A stretch of DNA of 64,000 nucleotides from Eledone cirrhosa (GCA_964016885.1 OZ024756.1:14260001-14324000); one strand, 5' to 3'. Numbered from the stretch's first letter, positions 1 through 15,168 are shown. Program-made: numbers and translations. Notes: generated from the sequence alone by a model not told the origin.

Positions 1-25
1 CGTACGAACAGACGTCACGTTTATA

Positions 26-65
<40 letters not shown>

Positions 66-140
66 TATAAACGTGACGTATATATATATATATAGAGAGA
101 GCATTGTATTGATCTAAATTGCCCATTATATATATATATA

Positions 141-218
141 AAGGTAAAGGTAACCATAGTGAGTACAGTGAATTTTTTGAAATTTATTTTGAAACTTTTT
201 CTTATTTGCTAAACCTTG

Positions 219-276
<58 letters not shown>

Positions 277-500
277 CAAGGTTTAGCAAATAAGAAAAAG
301 TTTCAAAATAAATTTCAAAAAATTCACTGTACTCACTATGGTTACCTTTACCGAATCGGTTTCGAGTCTCAAACATAAATGGACGGTCCTTGCGGCCTTC
401 CATTGAAAAGATAAACTCTCGTCAGAAGGTTCTTTTCACTTGGAGAATATAAAATTCCCGAGTTCAAATTACGAACTGGCGCTATTCAAAATTGTTCCCG
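141..500 (-). mobile_element. TA-inserted PLE-like short element family N (274-500 plus inverted 3' copy 141-220; second copy 8986-9200)
   Basis: 143-220 is the reverse complement of 274-352 across a (TA)n spacer; carries a hammerhead; diverged copy with deleted core at 8986-9200. Confidence 0.65.
344..430 (-). ncRNA. Type I hammerhead ribozyme motif (family N)
   Basis: Minus strand ACCUU-CUGACGA-GAGU..ACUC-GAA-ACCGAUUCGGU-A/AAGGU: canonical core, 5-bp stem I, GUA site. Confidence 0.8.
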
Positions 501-596
501 AGATATATAAACAAATAACTAATATACGTATAATTAGTTGGCTTAAGTAGCATTGGAAAAATTTGTAGTCGTATTTCACACTATTATTTATTATTA

Positions 597-672
597 TTAC
601 GGGGTCGATAAAATAAAGTACCAGTAATGCACTGGGTAATTGCTGGCCTTGTGCCAAAAGTAGAAACAATTA
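597..672 (+). mobile_element. SINE 3' fragment
   Basis: Matches 3' half of 41918-42104. Confidence 0.75.
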
Positions 673-789
673 TTTATTATTGTTACTAGCAGAAACACAC
701 ATTTCAAACACACACACACATATATATATATACATACATATACATATATTCACTTTTCTTAGACATTCTAATGACATGCCCATAGTATC

Positions 790-2348
<1,559 letters not shown>

Positions 2349-2548
2349 ATATATATATATATAAATATATATATAATTGGATATATAAGAGGGATGGTCA
2401 CAGATATAAGTATACATGTGTTCCAATTGCAAATGACCAAGTCAGCTAGCTAACTTGGTCATTTGCAAAACACCGCTCGGAAAGATTCCCTTCTTTGAGC
2501 TATTTAATTGTAAAAGACTATTTTGAGTTTATAACTCAATCTATGATA

Positions 2549-2645
<97 letters not shown>

Positions 2646-3374
2646 ACATAGAACGAGAAACCAAGGTTGTTAATCCAATTTAATATTTAATCTCTACAAA
2701 TGTATTTGTTTTGCAAATTCCTAGATGGAAAATTGTGTGTTGAAATATATACTTTGGGAGGGTCATGTTGCCAATAAAAACTCACGCACCAGTTGATTTT
2801 CATTTCAATTTTATTACTAGTTAGGTAACTAACCAATTCCTTAGTGAGTTTATTAACCGGATTTTAGTGTCAAATTCCATTGCCAAAGCTTTTTCTGTCA
2901 CATATTCCGTTAACTTCTGAATAAAAGACCACAGAACGGCAGAATGGAGTAAATAAAACAAAACCAAAAATGAAGAGATACAGAGGAACATGAATAATCA
3001 TTGACAAGGTGACAGAATGTGTGACGAAAGAGCTTTCATGAGTAAATATGACAATTAAATAACGATCCGATGATTAAACTAAACTACGAATGGATTAATT
3101 GCCTAACAAATAATAAAACTGAAGAGAAACTCAATTGGGGTGTGTCTCATTATTGTTAGAAACACACATACACACACACGTGTGTGTGTGTGTGTGTGTG
3201 TGTGCATATATGTGTGTGTGTATATATATATATATATATTTATTTATTTATGTAATAAACAACATAAGACAATTATTTCATTTACCAAAGGTTTCACGAG
3301 ACAGACATAACTAAATAGCTCTGTAGTCTACATAGAGCACTCTCCTTTCCTTTACCTATCCTACGGAAACACTT

Positions 3375-3442
<68 letters not shown>

Positions 3443-3465
3443 TGTATATATTTAATATAGAAATG

Positions 3466-3514
3466 GCTTTTACAGGACAAGAACTGTTTCATTCGTAAGA
3501 AATCATCAGGAAGC
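3466..3514 (-). ncRNA. Hammerhead ribozyme-like motif (family F)
   Basis: GCUUC-CUGAUGA-U-UUC UUAC GAA-U-GAAA-CAG..CUG-UA/AAAGC. The copy at ~25225 gives GAAGC, completing stem I. Related copy at 9560-9617. Confidence 0.65.
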
Positions 3515-3837
3515 TGACTGTCCAAATATGGTGGTATTTATATCTTTTCTGGTGGTGGGAGAGGGTGGGGATTGGGATGGGTGGAGGTCATTGGTTGATG
3601 GGTTTAAAGAAAAGGGAATTCTTTAAAAACTATATTTGGAGTAACAAAGGTAGAAAGAGTTCTACAAACAAGTTTATACTGGGGGTGCCACTCCTGATTT
3701 TTGAGGTTCACTTAAGCTAACAATGGCTAATGGTCAGATGCCTACAAACACACACACACACGCACATACATATATACACACATATACATACACATACATA
3801 TGTATATATACATATATTTACATACAGACACATACAT

Positions 3838-3870
<33 letters not shown>

Positions 3871-4053
3871 CATATATACACACATACATATATACATATA
3901 TATACACACACACACATATATACATATATACACACACATATATACACATACATATACACACATACATATATACACATACATATACACACATATATACACA
4001 CACACATACATACACACACACACACATATACATATACACACACACATACATAT

Positions 4054-4103
<50 letters not shown>

Positions 4104-4104
4104 T

Positions 4105-4455
4105 TGTGTGTCTCTGATCAAATCATCGGAATACTGGTATCTGATGATTTGATCAGAGACACACACTGTATTTAAGGTCGAGTGACACAATTTCGAGTGA
4201 TTAGCGGTCTTTAGACTCACCTGCTCAATGAAACAATTGTTAATACTGTAAATAAAGCCCTATTCGTCCATCCGACCACCTTATTCTTCACTGTTTCACT
4301 ACTATTACTCCAAGAATAACCTACATGAGAAGTCTCGCAAGCTCGCTAACTAAGGAAACCTCTTGTTGAGTCAAACAACGCCGTACGTTAAAACTATCCA
4401 TAGTACAGAGTACTCACAACCTCTAACTGGATTACCTAAAATGATAACTTGTTAT

Positions 4456-4460
<5 letters not shown>
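4105..4460 (+). mobile_element. Family L element (relative at 62043-62390)
   Basis: 22-bp inverted repeat at 4106-4164. Shares aataaagccc, tattactccaag, ggaaacntcttgttgagtcaaac and the ttgttatcc terminus with 62043-62390. Confidence 0.6.
4137..4246 (+). ncRNA. Degenerate hammerhead-like motif (family L)
   Basis: GUAU-CUGAUGA-U-UUGA..UCAA-U-GAAA-CAAUUG-UUA-AUAC, with one extra base at the cleavage site. The relative at ~62100 (minus) has GAAACAAUUGUC. Confidence 0.5.
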
Positions 4461-4522
<62 letters not shown>

Positions 4523-4572
4523 TCTTTTACCATTTTATTCGTTTACCTGTTCCAGCCATCCGGATGAGGCCA

Positions 4573-4651
<79 letters not shown>

Positions 4652-4674
4652 TCAAACACATACATATACACATA

Positions 4675-4737
<63 letters not shown>

Positions 4738-4778
4738 ATACACACACACATTCAAACACATACATACATATACACATA

Positions 4779-4841
<63 letters not shown>

Positions 4842-5155
4842 GTTTAAATATATGTGTATATATAAATGTATAAATATATGTGTGTATATATATAGAGAAA
4901 TATATATATATTAAAAAAAATATCTACATATACACATACATATATATACATATATATGCATATACATACACACACACATATATATACACATACATATATA
5001 CACATACATATGCATACATATATACACATACACATATATATATATACATACACACATATATATACACACATATACACATACATATACACACACATATATA
5101 TATATACATATATATATATATACATACTCACACATACACATACATATATGCACAC

Positions 5156-5194
<39 letters not shown>

Positions 5195-5269
5195 CTCACA
5201 CATACACATACATACATGCACACATATATACACATACATACATATATACACATACATATACATACATAT

Positions 5270-5302
<33 letters not shown>

Positions 5303-5437
5303 AAATAATTAAGTCAAATATGTAAAATTTGGCTTCGTTTATTATGAATTATAGATATACGGCTATATATATTTCGGTGACAGCCATCGGTAAACAACGA
5401 ACATATACTCAAAATTTATATATGTATATATATATAT

Positions 5438-5630
5438 AACGAAGGAAATGTGGTAAGGAACCAGGTGGACCATAACGCACCAAAGTACTCAATACTTAGG
5501 GTAGTAGAGTGGGTAATAGGAACAAGTAAGACCCCGACGGCTGAGCTCAAGCCGTTTCGACGGCTAATTCAGTCCAGAGTTAGCCGTCGAAACGGCTTGA
5601 GCTCAGCCGTCGGGGTCTTACTTGTTCCTA
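5438..5630. mobile_element. Family A palindromic element
   Basis: Same termini as 2140-2348; (TA)n flanks. Confidence 0.8.
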
Positions 5631-5719
5631 TATATATATATATATATATATTTATTAAAATAACAGATTGAAGTTTAAGCGAGCCCTCTTTGGATTTTAG
5701 TCTTCAAATTTATTATTAT

Positions 5720-5776
<57 letters not shown>

Positions 5777-6229
5777 TCGGTTATTAGTCTACACATTAAT
5801 TATTATTACTACTATATATATACATATACATACACGTATGCAAACACACACACATATAATATATATATATATGTATATACACACACACATATATATACAT
5901 ATACATACATATATATACATACACACATATATCCACATACATACTTACACGTACGTATACATACATATACATACACACATATCCACATACATACTTACAC
6001 ATACGTATACATACATATACATACACACATATCCACATACATACTTACACATACGTATACATACATATACACACACATATATATACATACACACACACAC
6101 ACACATATATATATATTATATATATATAATATATATATATATATATACACATGTATATATATATATATATACACACACATATACACTTACATATACACTT
6201 ACATACACATGTATATACACTTACATACA

Positions 6230-7570
6230 CAGGCGCAATTCAAGTACGTTATACAGGTGGAAAAAGCAAGTAGGTGAGAAGTACTTACATAACCACAGTA
6301 CCGTGATGCAGCTCGAAATGGAGGCTTGGGTTGAGGGTAGGGGGTAGGTTGGGATGGAGGGGGAGGGGATATTCTCTCGATGGCGTTTCTTTTGTAAATT
6401 ATCCATCTGGTTTCAACACTGGCTTAAGATATTTGTAAGTTGTAAAGCTTTTGTGCATGCAGTTCGGGCAGTGTTCAGAGACTTTGAGCAGTGTTGGGGC
6501 CCTTGACAAACAGAATTTCGTAGCTCTCTGAAAAACAAAGGTCGCAACACTTGTTTCCTCCCATGTATGAGTGCGCTTTCTGGAGTAATTTCCATTTGAG
6601 AGTGAAGTTCATCTTGAGGTCCCAGACATAGGAGGCGAGTGTTGTCTGATTGGATTTGTCCGGTCTTCTGAAAGAGTGGGTATGGGCATACCACCGGGTC
6701 TTAAAATTGTTGGAAGTCATTCCGTTATAAGTCTTTTTGTTGTTGTCACCAATGCCTGAGACGACATCACATTTATATACGATGTCATTCGCCAGGCATT
6801 TGTTTTCGAGTGGGCAAGCTTTCGTATTTTGGCAATTGCACAAAGCTCCCGTCCGGGGATTGGTTTCGGAGGGAGTAGGCTTATTTAATTTTGTAGTGTT
6901 GAGATTGGCTATATTCCTAGCTAGGTTAGGTGTAGTGGAGTAGGAGAGTCTTATCATATTCTTATTAAAGATAGTGTAGTACCTATGTTGTGTAGGGAAG
7001 TGTTTATACAGCAATTTGAAGAAAGTCCTAGCTATAGGTGTAGAAACCTCTCTGTTGAAGGGGAGTTGTACCAACTAATCTGCCTATGCCTATTTCTCCT
7101 AGGTAGTCTTGTGGGTGATTTCTAGATAAGTAATCATTTCTTTAAAGCCATTGCCGGCGAGGGCGTCGTTGTAGTAAGGGGTAGATGCGCTAAAGATATC
7201 TTCATTGGCTGAGAGACCGGAAATTCTGAGTGAGACGCTTTTAACTAAATTATCAGTGATGTTTTGGGGGTGTTTCGAACTAACATTTATGTATCTGAGG
7301 GACTGGTTAGGTTTGAGGTATGGGTAATAGAGGGAAGTATCTAAGTAAAGAGTGACATCTAAAAATTTGACCCAGGTCATATTAGATTCTATGGTTATTC
7401 TAAATCCTAGATTATGGAAGAACGAGCTTAAGTTTCTCCGAAACCCATCAGTGGCTCTGGGGTTAACCTTGTGCAAAGCGAAAAGGCCATCATCTCGGTA
7501 TAATCCTCCAGTTAGGCCCGTGAAGAGGTTCTTCAGGTGGTATAAGATGTACAGGCCCACGAGAGGTCGC
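6230..7570 (-). pseudogene. Decayed, 5'-truncated Penelope-like element (RT C-terminal part + GIY-YIG endonuclease)
   Basis: ORF 7099-7560 has GLYRDDG, KFLDVTL and YINVSSKHP (PLE RT). ORF 6475-7074 has CNC..CPL...C, IVY..YNGMT..FKTRW..H and CDLC..E (PLE GIY-YIG with Cys-rich linker). Frame is broken between the ORFs. Confidence 0.88.
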
Positions 7571-7634
7571 TAAATTCAACCGAGTCACTTGCCCCCATGC
7601 TGTCGTCAAAGACTGTAGAAAGGTGTGTTTCGGG

Positions 7635-7665
<31 letters not shown>

Positions 7666-8617
7666 CACCCTGAAACACACCTTTCTACATATATAAAAGA
7701 AAATTTCGCTCTACATGGCTGAATACAATAAATGTAATCTGAGTTTTTCGAATATTAATAACATTCGATTCGTTTTCAATTATGCAAACAAGCCTCAATT
7801 TTATAGCCATGTCAGTAGAATAAACACTTCATTCTTGCTCTTATGTTGGCATGTGCGAACAGAACTGCAGACACTAATGTTTCTGGGTATCACCCTTCAT
7901 CAGTACAGCTCACTGTTCACCTGGCAAACTGTCATAGATAGTGAAAATATATGCTATTTTCAAAAATACACAGTGACTGATCGGCCTGATTTGCATATTA
8001 GCAGATCCACTGATAAGCCAGATTTGCATATCAGCAGACTGGCCAGTCAGTTTCCTGTATACGAGCGATAAATGGCCGGCTTTGCCAAATTCAAATAAAA
8101 AAGAAAACTTTTTTAGCTCTACATGGCTGAGAGTTTTTCGAATATTAATAATAACATTCGATTCGTTTGCAATCACTGTGTATTTTTGAAAATAGCATAT
8201 ATTTTCAATCAACGACTGCCTGGGAACACTGACTCCATTTGAGGTGATTCTTACAACACAAACATACTGTAGGTAGAACTAAACAGACCGCAATACGTTG
8301 TAAATATGAAATGTTGAAGGAATTGAATGCTTCAAACTAAGAAGGTTATTAAAGTTCTACTCTCCATTCCAACACATGCACCTCTCACATTGCTTACATA
8401 ATGTACGCACCACGCACCACCTCTCAATACTATTACAGAGATAGATCGAAAAGCTAGATTAGAATGAAATTAAATCAGATTTATTTCGTATTTGCCGTGT
8501 AATCAGTAGAAGTTTCACCGTGGGGTAGAGAATCCTAATATCAATATCTACTTTACTTAAATATAAAGTACTAATTTGAATAATGGTACTGCTGGTCTTA
8601 ATTAGTTACATATCATT

Positions 8618-8739
<122 letters not shown>

Positions 8740-8940
8740 CAGCGAGATTCGGATTTCGGCTGTGGTCAAAACAAAGCGAAACGCAATATCCGAGTTATGG
8801 TGGCAAGCGCTCCATGGACCAAATAAAGACCAGAGCAATAAACATAGGTTATAAAGGCCAAACAAACTGAGATGGCGGTCAAGAAGCCATCAACCACCTA
8901 AGCCAAAAAGACGAGGCAAGCCAAATAGGTCAAACAAAAT

Positions 8941-8987
<47 letters not shown>

Positions 8988-9199
8988 CAAGGTTTAGCAA
9001 ATAAGATAAAGTTTCAAAATAAATTTTAAAAAATTAACTGTACTTACTATGGTTACCTTTACCGATTCGGTTTCGATTCTCAAAAATAAACGGAGTCCAT
9101 ACGGCCTTCGTTGCAAAGAAAGAAGGATCTTTTCATTCGGGGAATATAAAATTCTCGAATTCAAATTACGAACTGGCGCTATTCGAAATTGTTCCCGAG

Positions 9200-9545
9200 A
9201 TGAGAGTAAATGAAGTGGAATCAATTTTTTCAAGGGCCGAGTATAAAGATAAAGACAGAGGCAAGGAGGTCAAATGGCTACTGCTATAACTAGCAGCAGT
9301 CAGAACGACCAAATTTTTCTCAACATAGAGGAGATTAGTAATAATAGGATATGTGTTCCTACACGCACAGGCGCTAAGGGACACAGGTATTGTCCAACTG
9401 TATGCCAATGTGGTTCAATGGCAGGTTAATAAATTAACGAGCCAGAACATAATTTATTAACCTGCCATTGAACCACATTGGCATACGGTTGGACAATACA
9501 TGTGTCCCTTAGCGCCTGTGCGTGTAGGAACACATATCCTATTAT
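9200..9545. mobile_element. Asymmetric palindrome family P
   Basis: ~95-bp near-perfect arms 9341-9435 and 9451-9545 ending in (TA)n; unpaired tail to the left. Confidence 0.7.
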
Positions 9546-10231
9546 ATATATATATATAGAAATGCTGTCTAGAGGACTAGAACTGCTTCATTCGTAAGAA
9601 ATCATCAGGAAAGCCATCCATATATGTTTTAAAGTATGAGTGTGTGCGTGTGTAAATGTGTGGGTGGCTGTATTTGTAGCGATGATAAAAAATCTAAGAA
9701 AATTCTTTATGTATATAAGCAGAGTTAATATTTACCTATTTATTATAAATCTATACAATATTACATCTGCAACCAATTGTTACATGAACCAACAAATCCT
9801 ACAAAACTACAAACGATAGCCGTTGAGCAAATTCTCAGCCAAAGTTACGTTTACAGCGATAAGAAATGAAAATAAAGTATTTGTATACATTTTTGCCTGT
9901 AGATATGACTAACAGCTAGCGTTTGTTGTGTGGCAGGCTTTGTTACTTCATGAAACTATTGGTTCCAAATATATCGTGTGTACAGAGCCGGATGGTTGGA
10001 ACAGGTAAAAGAGTAAATGTTGATGGATGTGAATCCGAAATATATAGCGACAATTAAATCTCTCCCAAGGTAACTCTATCTCGTGTTATTATTTTTATTT
10101 TTTACGCTCTTTCCTACGTTCTTCTACACACTATACATCTCATTCTACATTCACTTACATCTCTCTCTTCACCACCGGATCTTGTTACCCGGAGAATTAC
10201 TCCTCTGCATTGTTGAGGCTTCCCAAACGAC

Positions 10232-10291
<60 letters not shown>

Positions 10292-10383
10292 ATATAGAAA
10301 AGCTTCTGAAGCTTTTCTATATTAAAACATTTATACTCTGCTATGTATTGAGTACCTGACTTACTCTGGTTACCCCCGGAATA

Positions 10384-10429
<46 letters not shown>

Positions 10430-10432
<3 letters not shown>

Positions 10433-10747
10433 AGGGAGTGTAACTTGGAGTTACTGTAGGTTCACCCGGGTGAGCACTCGATGTTTAGGTTCACTTCAGT
10501 GTCGAGGTGTAGAGCTAGACAGAGTGTATTACAGTTAAATAAGATAACAAGGATGATTGGTTGCTCTTTCATTACGTTTATTGGATTCTTCCATTAACAT
10601 TACAAGGGGTCTGACGAGCCGCGGATTACAGAGTCAGGTCAGATCGATACAGATCGAACCTTGAGCTTGTCAGTGGCGAAACGCGCGTCACCAACCAATA
10701 AACGTAATGAAGGAGTAACCAATCGTCCTTGTTATCTTATTTAACTA
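10430..10747. mobile_element. Asymmetric palindrome family E with hammerhead
   Basis: Arms 10533-10584 and 10696-10747, (TA)n flanks. Confidence 0.75.
10608..10692 (+). ncRNA. Type I hammerhead ribozyme motif (family E)
   Basis: GGU-CUGACGA-GCCGC..GUGGC-GAA-ACGCGCGU-C/ACC followed by AAUAAA: canonical core, palindromic stem III, GUC site. Confidence 0.8.
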
Positions 10748-10766
10748 TATATATATATATATATAT

Positions 10767-10940
10767 AACGAAGGAAATGTGGTAAGGAACCAGGTGGACC
10801 ATAACGCACCAACGTACTCAATACTTAGGGTAGTAGAGTGGGTAATAGGAACAAGTAAGACAAGTAAGACAAGTAAGACTCAGTCCAGAATTAGCCGTCG
10901 AAACGGCTTGAGCTCAGCCGTCGGGGTCTTACTTGTTCCT
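10767..10940. mobile_element. Family A element with internal acaagtaag triplication
   Basis: Same termini as 2140-2348. Confidence 0.75.
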
Positions 10941-11180
10941 ATATATATATATACATACTGCTGGACCAAAGATACTGATTAGCATAGAGCTTCTATAAAC
11001 TTTACCAAGATATATATTGGTAAAGTCCAATATAATCCAACATAAATACGTCAATACTCATCCTTTTCCATTTTTAGAGGGTTTTAGTCAAAAATACAGC
11101 GAAAGCTTCTATTTCTATTAAATTTCAAACTTCACTTGCTGTTTCAAAACAAACTTATATATCCGGTGTTTTGTTATAAT

Positions 11181-11530
11181 AATTGTTTCTACTTTTGGCA
11201 CAAGGCCAGAAATTATCCAGTGCATTACTGGTACTTCATTTTATCGACCCCGTAAGGCGGGTGTTTTGTTATAATAATAAACAAGACAGACGGTTTCAAA
11301 TAGGGATGTACAAATGAAACCGTGGATTGGCAGTATAGGTAGAGGGTCGGACGCCATGCTTTGTAGCCCTTTATGATCTAAGTTCAAATCCCGCCGAGGT
11401 TAACTTTGCCTTTCATCCTTACGGAGTCGATACAATAAAGTACCAGTAATACACCGAGAAAGAATTGCTGGCCTTGTGCCAAAAGTAGAAACAATTATAT
11501 ATATATATATAATAAACCGGCTCTCTTGTT

Positions 11531-11569
<39 letters not shown>

Positions 11570-11880
11570 TAATTGTTTCTACTTTTGGCACAAGGACAGC
11601 AATTATCCCAGTGCATTACTGGTACTTTATTTTATCGACCCCGTAAGGATGAAAGGCAAAGTTAATCTCTTGTTTATCATATATATATATATATAATTTT
11701 CTACTTTAGGCACAAGGACAGCAATTACCCAGTACATTACTGGTACTTTATTTTATCGACCCCGTAAGGATGAAAGGCAAAGTTAACCTCGGTGGGATTT
11801 GAACTCAGACTGTAAAGGGACGTAACTATGCTAGAAAGCATGGCGTCCAACCCTCTACCGATACTGCCAATTCACCGCCC
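11181..11880. mobile_element. Cluster of four SINE copies (11181-11256 -, 11322-11496 +, 11570-11667 -, 11695-11880 -)
   Basis: Each matches the SINE consensus. Confidence 0.85.
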
Positions 11881-12099
11881 ATATATATATATATATATAT
11901 AAACACACGTTCACATATTCACACACACACACGCGTGCGTGCGTGCGTGCGTGCGTGTGCGTGTGCGTGTGTCACTGAGTAGAATGCAGAATTCTACGAT
12001 TAATTAGTTCTTCCTTGCCTTACCTCCACCTGTAACATTGGAATAGCAAACTACCAAACTGGGAGTGACGTTTCTATTGTAATAAAGAAAGGGCGATGT

Positions 12100-12538
12100 G
12101 AGGGTGGGGATGGAGGGAGTGGGGGGTGAATGGGGGGAGTGGAGTGGATGGTGGAGTGGAGTGGAGTGGAGTGGAGTGGAGTGGAGTGGAGTGGATGGTG
12201 GGGTGGATGGTGGGGTGGGGTGGATGGTGGGGTGGAGTGGATGGTGGGGTGGAGTGGATGGTGGAGTGTATGGTGGGGGGGGGGGGTGGATGGTGGAGTG
12301 GATGGTGGAGTGGATGGTGGGAGTGGATGGTGGAGTGGATGGTGGAGTGGATGGTGGGAGTGGATGGTGGGGTGGTGGAGTGGAGAGGGAGGAGTGGAGA
12401 GGGAGGAGTGGATGGTGGGGGTGGTGGAGTGGAGGGGGTGTAGTGGATGGTGGGAGTGGGGTGGAGTGGTGGGAGTGGATGGTGGGGTGGTGGAGTGGAG
12501 AGGGAGGAGTGGAGGGGGTGTAGTGGATGGTGGGAGTC
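12100..12538 (+). repeat. G-rich low-complexity (GGAGT/GGATGGT) repeat
   Basis: Direct reading. Confidence 0.9.
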
Positions 12539-12627
12539 GTAGAATACTGGTAACAGATTCCAAGTAGCCAAGTTCTATTGTAAAGTAGTTGAATGCCAAG
12601 TACGACGGAGGGAGAAAGTTAGTGATA

Positions 12628-13524
12628 GTGGCTGTGGTGGTGGTGGCGGCGGTGGCTGTGGTGGTGGTGGTGGCTGTGGTGGTGGTGGTGGTGGTGGTGG
12701 TGGTGGTGGCTGTGGTGGTGGTGGCTGTGGTGGTGGTGGTGGCTGTGGTGGTGGTGGCTGTGGTGGTGGTGGTGGCTGTGGTGGTGGTGGCTGTGGTGGT
12801 GGTGGCTGTGGTGGTGGTGGCTGTGGTGGTGGTGGTGGCTGTGGTGGTGGCTGTGGTGGTGGCGGCTGTGGTGGTGGCTGCTGTGGTGGTGGTGGCTGTG
12901 GTGGTGGTGGTGGCTGTGGTGGCGGCTGTGGTGGTGGTGGCTGTGGTGGTGGTGGTGGCTGTGGTGGCGGCTGTGGTGGTGGTGGCTGTGGTGGTGGCTG
13001 CTGTGGTGGTGGCTGCTGTGGTGGTGGTGGCTGTGGTGGTGGTGGTGGCTGTGGTGGTGGTGGCTGTGGTGGTGGTGGCTGTGGTGGTGGTGGTGGCTGT
13101 GGTGGCGGCTGTGGTGGTGGTGGCTGTGGTGGTGGCTGCTGTGGTGGTGGCGGCTGTGGTGGTGGTGGCTGTGGTGGTGGCGGCGGCGGCTGTGGTGGTG
13201 GTGGTGGCTGTGGTGGTGGCGGCTGTGGTGGTGGCTGTGGTGGTGGTGGTGGCTGTGGTGGTGGTGGCTGTGGTGGTGGCTGTGGTGGTGGCGGCTGTGG
13301 TGGTGGTAGTGGTGATATTGGCTGTGGTGGTGGTAGTGGTGATATTGGCTGTGGTGGTGGTGGTGGCTGTGGTGGTGGTGGCTGTGGTGGTGGCGGCTGT
13401 GGTGGTGGCTGTGGTGGTGGCGGCTGTGGTGGTGGTGGCTGTGGTGGTGGCGGCGGCGGCTGTGGTGGTGGTGGTGGCTGTGGTGGTGGCGGCTGTGGTG
13501 GCGGCTGTGGTGGTGGCGGCGGCG
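12628..13524 (+). repeat. Cryptic (GTG)n/GCT trinucleotide repeat
   Basis: Direct reading; produces the poly-Val/Ala ORF. Confidence 0.92.
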
Positions 13525-13706
13525 GTTATATTGTAATAGTTCTGATAGTTGTGAGAGTGAAAGAATGAGGCGGCGGTGGTGGGGGAAGATTACGAAAGGA
13601 ATCTTGCCAGAGATTTCAGTGGTTTTATGGTAGCACAGCTTGCCTCGTGTTTAGTGTGCGACTTATAACACACAGTAAGTGTATATCCATTTGAATTTAG
13701 AAGCAC

Positions 13707-13739
<33 letters not shown>

Positions 13740-14085
13740 ACAGAGACACACAGAGACACACACACACACATACACAGGCACACAAACACACGCACACACA
13801 CACACATACACATAAACACACGCACACACACACACAGGCACACAAACACACGCACACACACACACACACACACTTTGAAAATCTCCAACTGATGCTCCGA
13901 ATCGGCCCCTCACTCTTACTGAAACAGTTCTAGTCCCGCAGAAGTCATTTCGATAATCAAAGATGCCCAAACTCTAACAACGTATTGTTAACTGTGCTCA
14001 CCTCCCGATGTACATCGGGAATCCACCGATATATTCTTTTACCTGTTCCAGCTGTCCGGCTAAGGCCATGCTGGGGCACCGTCCT

Positions 14086-14115
<30 letters not shown>

Positions 14116-14119
<4 letters not shown>

Positions 14120-14309
14120 AAAATGTTTAACCCTGACGGCAGAGCTCAAGCCGTTTCGACGGCTATTTCTGGACTGAAATAGCCGTCGAATAGGCTTGAG
14201 CTCTGCCGTCGGGGTCATACTTTTTCCTATTTCCCACTCTACTATCCTAAGTATTGAGTACTCTGGTGAGTTATGGTCCATTTGGTTCCTTACCACAATT
14301 CCTTTGTTA
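14116..14309. mobile_element. Family A element (diverged subfamily, opposite orientation)
   Basis: Inverted arms around ctggactgaaatag; (TA)n flanks. Confidence 0.75.
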
Positions 14310-14436
14310 TATATATATATATATATATATATATTGCGATGAAATACCAATGATGGTTGGCAAATCACTGATGAGGGACTAATTTTATAATATGTAACCC
14401 ATGTGCAACCACGCAGTTTTCCTCTTTCTTCCCATG

Positions 14437-14474
<38 letters not shown>

Positions 14475-14628
14475 CATATAATTTACTACTTTAAATTAAG
14501 TCTGTCAAACCATATTGCTGTAGTTAGTATTTTTTCACCCTAGCAAACCTCGTCCTTTACAATTCGGACACATGTATGTTTATATTAGTGTTTATCTCTC
14601 TTGTATATTCTATTATATTACACGGCTA

Positions 14629-14813
14629 GGTGAATTGGCAGTATCGGTAGAGGGTCGGACGTCATGCTTTCTAGCATAGTTACGTCCCTTTACGGTCTGA
14701 GTTCAAATCCCGCCGAGGTTAACTTTGCCTTTCATCCTTACGGGGGTCGATAAAATAAAGTACCAGTAATGTATTAGGTAATTGCTGGCCTTGTGCCAAA
14801 AGTAGAAACAATT
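14629..14813 (+). mobile_element. SINE with 19-bp target-site duplication
   Basis: ATTATATTACACGGCTAGG at 14612-14630 and 14811-14829. Confidence 0.88.
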
Positions 14814-14869
14814 ATATTACACGGCTAGGAAAAGCTTTTTTCTAAGAGCTATTTTGAGTTTCTAACTCA

Positions 14870-14905
<36 letters not shown>

Positions 14906-15119
14906 GCACACATACATATATATGTCTGGGTGAGTGTGTGCGTATGAACATGTGTATATATGCGTGTGTATGCGTTTAAGAGCGTGCATGGGCATGTGTG
15001 TGTGTGTGTGCTCGGAAGCAGACAAATATGATAATAGAACACGGAATGTTAGGTTAAGAATCTGGTATGTAGCTGATGTTTGTGGAGAGTTGTAGTATAA
15101 GATATGGGATGTATGCATC

Positions 15120-15168
<49 letters not shown>

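Noticed and set aside
12589-13536. Poly-Val/Ala ORF (poly-Thr/Ala mucin-like on the minus strand)
   Set aside because: Trinucleotide repeat without convincing splice sites or flanking coding sequence; not fully excluded without RNA data.
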